Below are positions 1 through 8,123 of a stretch of 64,000 nucleotides of DNA, one piece after another. The number at the start of each line of letters is the position of its first letter. Position 1 is the first letter of the stretch. The notes beneath the pieces are model-generated. The model was not told the origin of the DNA. It ran no database searches and saw only the letters and a program-made list of their open reading frames with translations. The position numbers and the translations under genes are program-made. The stretch is from Bacteroides sp. (GTDB taxonomy: Bacteria; Bacteroidota; Bacteroidia; Bacteroidales; Muribaculaceae), in the NCBI GenBank assembly GCA_014802175.1, contig JAAVCU010000021.1, positions 63,359 to 127,358 of the forward strand. Reading direction: 5' to 3'.

Positions 1-1
1 T

Positions 2-1633
2 TACGCCACAATCAAACAGGCGGTGAAGAACCTCATGAACCGTCGCACCACTTTCAGCAGCGACGTGTTCGTGACCTACACTCCGTTTAACAATTTCAAC
101 AACTACCTCTCGTTCACAGGTGGCTGGCGCTATCAGAACGACACCTGGAACATGTCGTATGGCCAGGGCTACAACTCAGGTTCCGATTACGTTAAGGATC
201 TGAACGCCACAGACTCCAACCTTTACGAATCTGATGGTTTCGGGCTGGAATGGCGTAACGTCGGTTGGTTCCTCACTGGTGACTATTCGTGGAGAAACCG
301 CTACTTCCTTTCTGCAAGCGGCGTTATGGAGTCGTCATCACGCTTCGGCAAGAATGCTCCCGGTGCGGCACACTTCGCCGGCACAAGCTGGGGTTTCTTC
401 CCCTCGGTTGAGGGCTCATGGGTGCTCACCAATGAGGATTTCATGGCTAACGCTTCGAAGGTGAATCTCCTCAAACTTCGCCTCTCTTACGATATTGCCG
501 GCAACGATAACCTTCCGGTGAATGCAGGTTCAACTTACTTTGTGTCTTCACCTTTCCTTGCCAACACCTATGGTTACACACTCGCCAATATCGGTAACGA
601 CCGTCTGAAATGGGAATCAACCAACACCGGACGCCTCGGAATTGACGCAGCATTCTTTAACAATCGCTTGAATGTTAGCCTCGAAGGTTTCCTCTCGACT
701 ACCAACAACCTCTTGATGCTTAAGCAGCTCAACGATGTTGCCGGAATCGAAAGCTATTGGACAAACGGCGGTAGCCTCCGTAACCGTGGAGGAAGCCTCG
801 CCATTACCGGACGAGTAGTGGAGACACGCGACTGGCATTTTGATCTCGGTGCGCAAATCGGTATGTATCGCAACAAAGTTACAAAACTCAACGATGGCGA
901 TTTCATCACCGACATTGCCGGCGGTCAGATTCTTACTTCAGTCGGAAATCCCGTAGGACTCTTCTACGGATATAAATCCGAAGGTGTGTTCTCAACCGCT
1001 GCCGAGGCAGCTGATGCAAATCTGAAGGTTATGAATGCCGATGGTTCGATGAGCCTTTACGAGGCCGGCGATATCCATTTCATGGATCGCGACCGCAACG
1101 GAATCATCAACGATGCAGACCGTATGGTCATCGGCGACCCGAACCCAGATTTCTATGGAAATGTAAATATGAGCCTCAACTGGAAGAACTTCACACTCTC
1201 CACCATGTTCACTTACTCTGTAGGTAATGATGTCTACAATGCTCTTCGTGCAAATCTTGAGTCTGGTTCGGACATCTACAATCAGAGCAAGGCTATGAAC
1301 AACCGCTGGCGCACTAACGGTCAGGTTACGGATATGCCCCGTGCTACTTACGGCGACCCGATGGGGAATGCACGTTTCTCAAACCGTTGGATCGAGGATG
1401 GCTCTTATCTGCGTTGGAAATCGCTGCAGCTCAGCTATAAACTCCCGTTGCACACCTCTTTCCTCCAGGGGCTGACATTCACCTTCTCAGTGACCAACCT
1501 TGTGACCTGGACCAAATATCTCGGCACCGACCCGGAATGTTATTCAGGATCATCGCCCCTCTATATGGGTATCGACTCCGGTCTCATGCCTCAGTCGCGC
1601 GAGTTTAACTTTGGAATAAAAATCAATCTCTAA
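2..1633 (+). CDS. susC: SusC/RagA TonB-dependent outer-membrane transporter, C-terminal part (5' truncated by the window edge)
   Basis: Frame open from base 2; SusC motifs (SSRFG, GNDRLKWE, GDPNPDFYG, IEDGSYLR, terminal GIKINL beta-strand); followed by SusD. Confidence 0.95.
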   Translation, partial: YATIKQAVKNLMNRRTTFSSDVFVTYTPFNNFNNYLSFTGGWRYQNDTWNMSYGQGYNSGSDYVKDLNATDSNLYESDGFGLEWRNVGWFLTGDYSWRNRYFLSASGVMESSSRFGKNAPGAAHFAGTSWGFFPSVEGSWVLTNEDFMANASKVNLLKLRLSYDIAGNDNLPVNAGSTYFVSSPFLANTYGYTLANIGNDRLKWESTNTGRLGIDAAFFNNRLNVSLEGFLSTTNNLLMLKQLNDVAGIESYWTNGGSLRNRGGSLAITGRVVETRDWHFDLGAQIGMYRNKVTKLNDGDFITDIAGGQILTSVGNPVGLFYGYKSEGVFSTAAEAADANLKVMNADGSMSLYEAGDIHFMDRDRNGIINDADRMVIGDPNPDFYGNVNMSLNWKNFTLSTMFTYSVGNDVYNALRANLESGSDIYNQSKAMNNRWRTNGQVTDMPRATYGDPMGNARFSNRWIEDGSYLRWKSLQLSYKLPLHTSFLQGLTFTFSVTNLVTWTKYLGTDPECYSGSSPLYMGIDSGLMPQSREFNFGIKINL

Positions 1634-1647
1634 TCTTAGCCTGAAAA

Positions 1648-3336
1648 ATGAAAAGATATATATTATCCTCATTTGTAGCTGTCTCGGCTCTTCTTTCGCT
1701 CACATCATGCGAAGATATGATGAGCCCGCAGTCATCATCATATCTCTATAATGAGAATCTGACTCTTTCCAGCGCCAAAGACTCCCTCTATTCCACAGCG
1801 GGACTGCTTGCGAAGGTTCAGCGTCTCGGCGAGCGATATGTTACATTCGGCGAATTGCGCGGCGACATGATGTATGCCGCGCCCACTGCCGACCTTGAGC
1901 TTCAGGAGCTCGCCTCATTCTCGGCGCAGAGCCGCGAGACTTTGCTTCGACGCTCCGATTTCTATGCCATCATCAACCATTGCAACTGGATGATCTCCAA
2001 ATTTGACGATGCTGTCAAGAACGGTGAGCAGGAAGCTCTCGTGGAGGAGTATGGCGCGGCGGTGCTTTACCGTGCATGGACCTATCTCCAGATGGGTCTC
2101 GCTTACGGCAACGTCAACTGGGTGACGGAGCCGGTGCTCACTCTCGAGGATTCTGAGAAGGATTATCCTGTTGTAGGTCTCGATGAGTTGGTTAAACGCC
2201 TGATTGCTGAGGTTGAACCTTTCGCCAATGCGAAGCGTCCCAATCTCGGCATGCTGGATAACAAAGTCTCCTCGAACTTCTTCCAGATTCCTTCGGCATT
2301 CCTTGCTGACCTTTACCTTTACGACGGGCAATACGAACGCGCTGCCGAGATGTATTGGAACGCTATTCAGGAATATGAGGCTACTATCCATGAAAGTGCC
2401 AACACGTTCTCAAGTTCGTTGCGCTTGGGAGTAAATAACTCTTTTGCAGGAACTTGGGTATCAGAGGAGCTGGTGACGATACCTTATTCATCAAATGCAA
2501 AGGATTATCATCCGAATCTGGTGAATATGACATTCAGCGATGCGCCCGCACTTCTGCCCGCTGCATGGTGGCTCGACGACATGAGTTCAAATGACTATTA
2601 CTTCGGCTCGAAGAATTATGTTGCCAGCACCTTCTCACGCGTAGAGGAGGGTGGCGACCTTCGCGGTGTGGTTAGACTTGCCGATGGCAGATACGCATCG
2701 GGTGGTGCAGTTTCTCAGGTGAGACCGGACGGTTCTGCAGCTCCGGAACTGATGATCTACAAATACAGGTACTGCGGTTCCGTGTTCCAAGGAGCTACCA
2801 CTGAGAACACAGTTACTAATGAGGCTATCGGTGTAACTGAGCTTTCACTCCTCAGAGCCCCGCATCTTTATCTGCGTTATGCCGAGGCTGTGAACCGTAT
2901 GGGGAAGCCTTCGCTGGCTTACGCGGTGGTGCGCTATGGTCTTAATAAGGAGACACTGGAGGACCCGTTGAAGGTAAATCCTGACGAGCTGGCCGATGAG
3001 ATGCCTTGGGAGAACTGGAATGCAAGTTTCGCCAACAATAATATCGGAACCAGGATGCGAGGTCGCGGTTTGGGTATCTCATATCCAGAGGCTGTGGCAG
3101 AAGATCTCCCGACTGATCTTACGGAAGATGAGCTGATGCTTTATGTTGAGGATATCCTTGCCGATGAGATGGCTGCTGAAACAGCCTACGAGGGTAACCG
3201 CTTCTTCGACCTTGCGCGCATCGCTCATCATCGTGGCGACAACAGCTGGTTTGCCGACAGAGTTTCACGCCGCTTTGCCGACTCCGCGTCGGCCCATGCG
3301 TTGCTGATGAACCGCGACAATTGGTTTATACACTGA
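1648..3336 (+). CDS. susD: SusD/RagB glycan-binding lipoprotein
   Basis: Lipobox LTSC; ELRGD, RAWTY, YLRYAEA and E-x-AYEGNRFFDL motifs; adjacent to SusC. Confidence 0.92.
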   Translation: MKRYILSSFVAVSALLSLTSCEDMMSPQSSSYLYNENLTLSSAKDSLYSTAGLLAKVQRLGERYVTFGELRGDMMYAAPTADLELQELASFSAQSRETLLRRSDFYAIINHCNWMISKFDDAVKNGEQEALVEEYGAAVLYRAWTYLQMGLAYGNVNWVTEPVLTLEDSEKDYPVVGLDELVKRLIAEVEPFANAKRPNLGMLDNKVSSNFFQIPSAFLADLYLYDGQYERAAEMYWNAIQEYEATIHESANTFSSSLRLGVNNSFAGTWVSEELVTIPYSSNAKDYHPNLVNMTFSDAPALLPAAWWLDDMSSNDYYFGSKNYVASTFSRVEEGGDLRGVVRLADGRYASGGAVSQVRPDGSAAPELMIYKYRYCGSVFQGATTENTVTNEAIGVTELSLLRAPHLYLRYAEAVNRMGKPSLAYAVVRYGLNKETLEDPLKVNPDELADEMPWENWNASFANNNIGTRMRGRGLGISYPEAVAEDLPTDLTEDELMLYVEDILADEMAAETAYEGNRFFDLARIAHHRGDNSWFADRVSRRFADSASAHALLMNRDNWFIH

Positions 3337-3340
3337 TAAT

Positions 3341-3532
3341 GAAGTTGTTTAAACTAATTTACGAAAGTTAAAATTGTGATTATAAATTATCTTTTATTAA
3401 CCTTTACGGATCTTTTTGGATTCTTTCTCCCTTTTCATCGGTGCCAACCGAAAGGTTGCCACCTCTTCAAATGAAGAAGTCATCTCAAAAATATCTCGTA
3501 AATCTTAATAAAAAATTAGTTTAAACAACTTC
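3341..3532. mobile_element. 192-bp palindromic MITE-like element with perfect 20-bp terminal inverted repeats
   Basis: GAAGTTGTTTAAACTAATTT (3341-3360) and its exact reverse complement (3513-3532); AAT on both flanks; nested internal inverted repeats ending in a GAAA-loop stem. Confidence 0.7.
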
Positions 3533-3620
3533 AATTTGAAAAATCGTAATCTACGATGTGTAAATGCGTCAAACATGAAAATTGTAGCGAAAATGCTAAA
3601 TTTTGACGCAATTTAATCAA

Positions 3621-3664
3621 TTCGGATTGTCCGCTGGATATAATTTTGCGGCAGACAATCCGAA
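3621..3664 (+). promoter_or_regulatory. Bacteroidetes -7 promoter box (TAATTTTG, 3641-3648) enclosed by a perfect 11-bp inverted repeat
   Basis: TTCGGATTGTC (3621-3631) / GACAATCCGAA (3654-3664); box matches the TAnnTTTG consensus. Confidence 0.55.
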
Positions 3665-3731
3665 AAACTCTTTTAAACAATAAACTTAAACAATAGAATT
3701 TTTTAATAATTTTCATAATACTGAAATACCA

Positions 3732-5810
3732 ATGAAAAAATTTTCCAAACTCTTTTTATTGTGTGGCGCAGTGGCATCAACGGCTGCACTTGTAAATGCC
3801 CGCGATTGGGAGATTCATCCCTCACAGCTTGTAGATAACTACGAAGGTATGTCTGTTGCTGCAGACTTCACCAACAACGGCCGTCTTGATATCTACCATA
3901 CCGGTACATACGCAACCGAATGGTGTAAACCTCACAATTTCCGTGTTAACGGTCCGGAGACAATCTCTTCTCTCCTTATCAACAACCCTGACGGAACTTT
4001 CTCTCTCGACTGGAACTATCCGGTGAATTATGAGGATCCCACATTCAATGCGGATGATTATGTAGAGGGTCAGGAGAACAACACCTACATGCGTATGCCT
4101 AACCACAACATCGCGCCTGCAGGTCGTGGCGACTTCCTCGCACTCGATTACAACAACGATGGTCTCGTAGACCTCATTACATTCAACCGTCAGGACCATT
4201 CAGGCTGGTGGTATTTCTGGGGCGCTGACCTTCGCGACGATGAGGGTAACCGCCTTGAGGAGGGTCAGTACACTCCGCGTCGCAACGAGCGCCTGTCACT
4301 TTACAAGAACCTTGGCAACGGCAAATTTGAGCTCGTGACAAACACAGGTATTCTTGAGCTCTCTTCTCCCGATGGTGAGGCTTGCCGCGCACTTTCTGCC
4401 GGTGACTATGATCACGACGGTTACATCGACCTTTTGGTTTCAGGTAACTATCACGAGTCGGCTTACGAGGAGTTCGTAAATGAGAAATTCTATCATAACC
4501 GTTATGTTAAACTCTATCGCAACCGTGGTGCAGTAAGCGCTGATGAGCCTCAGTTCGAGGAGATGTTCATTGCTGAGACCGAGGGTGGTGTATGGACCCG
4601 TGAAGTGAAAGATGAGGAGGATCAGCCTGTAAACCAGAAAGAACAGCTCGAAGGCCATTTCGCTGCTATCAGCGGTAACGCTCAGTTCGCTGACCTCAAT
4701 AACGACGGCTGGCTTGATGTGATCATTTCCGGATACGGCGACAGCTGGATGGGTGACAACTACAGCGCAGGTGCTCTTGTTCGTATCTATCTCAATGAGG
4801 AGGGTAAGAAATTCGTGGATGTAACAAACCAGAACACTCTTCTTGAGGGTGCTAACAACGGTTCTGTTGTAATCAACGACTTCAACAAGGATGGTTCACT
4901 CGACTTCATTACTTCCGGTTATAGCTGGCATATCGAGGGTGGATGGCATACATTGCTTTACCTCAACCAGAACGACGAGAATATCTACACAGATTTCATC
5001 TATGGCGACAATGAACTCGGTATCCCCGGAACAGAGGGTGGTCGTATCTTCGCAAGCGACTTCGACAATGATGGCAATGTAGATATCTATTTCGCAACAG
5101 CTCTCGATCGCGGTGCTATCTTCTACGGTAAAGGTGGCAGCTTCGAGGAGGACAACACAGATATGGATGAGTTCTGGAAATGTGACCGCGCTCACACCGG
5201 TGTTGTAGGTGACTTCGATAACGATGGTTTCGCTGATATCTATGTTCCCCGCGAGCGTCAGCAGGAGAATGATATGGCAGTTAATCCTAACCCCAAACCC
5301 GCTACGATCCGTCTTAACAGAATCAACAGTGGTGCCGCTGAGGCTCCCGAAGCTCCCGTTAACGCAACTTACGCTCTCAAGGATGGTAAACTCTCAATCA
5401 ACTGGGAGTATGACACTGAGGCAGCTATCGATGCCAACCTCGCATACAACGTGCTCGTTAAATTCGCTGACGGTTCTATCTACACTCTCGTTCCCGCTGA
5501 CGCTGAAACAGGTTTCGTGAAAGTTGCCGAGGGTAAGCAGGTTGCTCTCCGTCCGAATGTTAAATCTTACGAGCTTGCTTGCGACAAAGAGTTCTCCTCT
5601 ATCGGTGTTCAGGCACTTTCACTCAGCAACCACACAGCTTCCAAGTTCGCTCCTGCAATCGAGGAGGGTAGCGGTGTTGCAGCTATCGCAGCTGATGAGG
5701 ATGCAACTCCCGTTTACTTCAACCTCTTCGGTGTTCGCGTAGAGAACCCCGAGAAAGGTCAGATGGTGATCGAGGTTAAAGGTAGCAAAGCAACTAAGAA
5801 GATGTTCTAA
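3732..5810 (+). CDS. Secreted FG-GAP/VCBS-repeat beta-propeller protein with C-terminal T9SS-like sorting tail
   Basis: Signal peptide; repeated Dx[N/D]xDGxxD motifs (DYNNDGLVD, DYDHDGYID, DLNNDGWLD, DFNKDGSLD, DFDNDGNVD, DFDNDGFAD); tail SGVAAI...YFNLFGVRV...KKMF. Confidence 0.8.
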   Translation: MKKFSKLFLLCGAVASTAALVNARDWEIHPSQLVDNYEGMSVAADFTNNGRLDIYHTGTYATEWCKPHNFRVNGPETISSLLINNPDGTFSLDWNYPVNYEDPTFNADDYVEGQENNTYMRMPNHNIAPAGRGDFLALDYNNDGLVDLITFNRQDHSGWWYFWGADLRDDEGNRLEEGQYTPRRNERLSLYKNLGNGKFELVTNTGILELSSPDGEACRALSAGDYDHDGYIDLLVSGNYHESAYEEFVNEKFYHNRYVKLYRNRGAVSADEPQFEEMFIAETEGGVWTREVKDEEDQPVNQKEQLEGHFAAISGNAQFADLNNDGWLDVIISGYGDSWMGDNYSAGALVRIYLNEEGKKFVDVTNQNTLLEGANNGSVVINDFNKDGSLDFITSGYSWHIEGGWHTLLYLNQNDENIYTDFIYGDNELGIPGTEGGRIFASDFDNDGNVDIYFATALDRGAIFYGKGGSFEEDNTDMDEFWKCDRAHTGVVGDFDNDGFADIYVPRERQQENDMAVNPNPKPATIRLNRINSGAAEAPEAPVNATYALKDGKLSINWEYDTEAAIDANLAYNVLVKFADGSIYTLVPADAETGFVKVAEGKQVALRPNVKSYELACDKEFSSIGVQALSLSNHTASKFAPAIEEGSGVAAIAADEDATPVYFNLFGVRVENPEKGQMVIEVKGSKATKKMF

Positions 5811-5894
5811 TCATTCAATAAGGTGCTCTTAAAAGAGATGTTCAAGGTAAAAAAGGTATAATAAGTTTCTAACAGGTTTTAAATTTCATGTTCC

Positions 5895-5931
5895 TGCGCC
5901 GGAGTCGATCACGATTCCGGCGCAAATTTTT
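5895..5931 (+). terminator. Intrinsic terminator
   Basis: TGCGCCGGAGTCG/CGATTCCGGCGCA stem followed by AATTTTT. Confidence 0.75.
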
Positions 5932-6088
5932 GTAATTTTACAGGTGTTGCAGTCAATCAGGGGGTTATGGGTGTGAATAAAGTCGTTGAATAGTTGGAAA
6001 TAGCGCAAAATTTACATTTTTTGCTTAAAACACCCCTTTTGTTATGACGCATTATTTATAATTTTGACATTGTAAAACAGCATCTGAA

Positions 6089-8080
6089 ATGAAAAATATC
6101 TGTAAAGGAATATTGCTTTTGAGTCTGACTGTGATTGCCGGTCAGACAGAGGCCAGAATTGTGAAGAACGGGGTTTGGAACATCGACTTCGACACCAAGA
6201 CCGGTGCGGTAAGTGTGCTGCGCGAAGGCATTGTCATCATCAATCGCTCGGTGGCAAACTGGGGCACGGCAAAAGATACCGTGTCGATGGCAGAGTGCCG
6301 CAAGTTCAAGGTGAATGCTGTGAAGAGCGCACACAACCCCACATTCAATATGGAGGGTGTGACTCCCGATGGATCGAAAGCTACACTGACCATTGCTCTG
6401 CTTAACGATGATTCCTTTACGGTTGATCTTCTTCTTGCCGGAAAGACTGCTGACGAAGGTGTGGATTTCATTGCTCCGGTGAATACGACTGCGCCGGTGC
6501 AGATGAATTGGAGCGATGTGCGTCAGCTGTCAGTGCCTTACGATAACGATGCGTGGGTGCGTTATGTGCTGACTCCCGCCGGAGAGAAGGCTCGCGAGAG
6601 TTATGAGGTGGGAGCTGTGTTCGATGCTGCAACCCGCGCGGGACTTATCGCCGGATCCATAGATCATGATTTGTGGAAATCGGCCGTGCGTTATGAAATG
6701 ACAGCGCCCGCCACTCTCGATGCACTCACGTTAGTGTCGGGAGCCGCTTCCGAACTGACACGCGATGTTCGACGTCATGGCATAGTCAAGGGTGGCAAGG
6801 TTGCCTCCGCTCGTTTCTTCGTGACACTCGCCGACGATTGGCGCGACGGTATGGAGGCGTTTGCCGACCTTTGCGCTCAGGTTGCCCCGAATAAGACAAA
6901 AGGTGGTGTTAAACCTTTCGGTTGGAACAGCTGGGGTGATCTTCAGACCAAAATCAATTACAAAAACGCCACAGAAGTGGCAGACTTCATAAAAGGAGAA
7001 CTGATGCCATCCTTCTCCGATGCAGACGGTTCGGTGATTGTGAATCTTGATGCTTTCTGGGATTTCGGTTTCAAAGAAGAGGATCATAAGAAGTTCACCG
7101 AACTTTGCCGCAAGAATGGACAGAAAGCGGGTATCTATTTCTGCCCCTTCACCGACTGGGGTAAGAATCCGGATGCTACCGTTTCGGAGGCACCCCAATA
7201 TAAGATGGGTGAACTTTATCTGCGCTCAAACGGAGAGCCGATAGTGTTTGACGGCGCACCTGCCCTTGACCCGACACACCCCGGCACCAAGGCGCGCGTG
7301 GCAGCACACTTGAATAAGTTCAAGGATTGGGGTTATGAGTATGTTAAGATTGACTTTATGGCTCACGGTGCGTACGAGTCCGATCATCATTACAATCCGG
7401 CGGTCAGCACCGGTACACAGGCGTTCAGTGAGGGTATGCAGTTTATTGACAGTGTGGCTGACGGCAAATTGTGGATAAACCTTTCGATCGCTCCTCTTTT
7501 CCCGGCGAGCTACGCGCAAAGCCGCCGAATCGGATGCGATGCGTGGAGCAATATCGGTAGCACCGAGTACACCCTGAATGCACTGACCTACGGTTGGTGG
7601 CTCGATCATCTATATCATTACAATGATGCCGACCACATCGTTTTCAAGGATGTGACCGAGGGTGAGAACCGTGCGCGCCTTACTTCATCGGCAATAACCG
7701 GTGTCTATTTCTTAGGCGACAATATGAGCGAAACCGGCGATTCAATCACCAAGGAGCGACTCCGCAAGTTTGCAGTGAACGATCGCGTCAACAATATGGC
7801 ACGTCGCACCAAATCTTTCCGTCCTGTCCGTCCGGGTGAAGGAGACAAGGCCTCCGATATCTTCGAGGGTCGCGATGGGAAGACAGTGTGGGTGGCTTAT
7901 TTCAATTATGGCGAGAACGAAAAACCGGCTGAATTCAGCATGGCTGAACTCAACCTTGAACCGGGTGCAGTTAAATCTGTGACGGAACTCTGGAGTGGCG
8001 AAAGCATTGCTCCGGCTGCAAAGGTCTCTGCGGTTATCCCGGCAAAAGATGTGAAATTATTTGAAATCGAAATTAAATAA
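6089..8080 (+). CDS. Alpha-galactosidase-like glycoside hydrolase (clan GH-D, GH27/GH36-like)
   Basis: Signal peptide; GWNSW, LDPTHP, YVKIDF (nucleophile), RRIGCD (acid/base) motifs. Confidence 0.75.
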   Translation: MKNICKGILLLSLTVIAGQTEARIVKNGVWNIDFDTKTGAVSVLREGIVIINRSVANWGTAKDTVSMAECRKFKVNAVKSAHNPTFNMEGVTPDGSKATLTIALLNDDSFTVDLLLAGKTADEGVDFIAPVNTTAPVQMNWSDVRQLSVPYDNDAWVRYVLTPAGEKARESYEVGAVFDAATRAGLIAGSIDHDLWKSAVRYEMTAPATLDALTLVSGAASELTRDVRRHGIVKGGKVASARFFVTLADDWRDGMEAFADLCAQVAPNKTKGGVKPFGWNSWGDLQTKINYKNATEVADFIKGELMPSFSDADGSVIVNLDAFWDFGFKEEDHKKFTELCRKNGQKAGIYFCPFTDWGKNPDATVSEAPQYKMGELYLRSNGEPIVFDGAPALDPTHPGTKARVAAHLNKFKDWGYEYVKIDFMAHGAYESDHHYNPAVSTGTQAFSEGMQFIDSVADGKLWINLSIAPLFPASYAQSRRIGCDAWSNIGSTEYTLNALTYGWWLDHLYHYNDADHIVFKDVTEGENRARLTSSAITGVYFLGDNMSETGDSITKERLRKFAVNDRVNNMARRTKSFRPVRPGEGDKASDIFEGRDGKTVWVAYFNYGENEKPAEFSMAELNLEPGAVKSVTELWSGESIAPAAKVSAVIPAKDVKLFEIEIK

Positions 8081-8123
8081 CATAGGCTTCTAACCGAAGC
8101 TAAATTTGAAAACTTACTTATCC

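Noticed and set aside
3621-3664. Invertible promoter
   Set aside because: Only 22 bp lie between the repeats, which is too short for typical invertons, and no recombinase is in the window
3531-3716. 61-aa minus-strand ORF
   Set aside because: AT-rich promoter region of the FG-GAP gene; no coding signal
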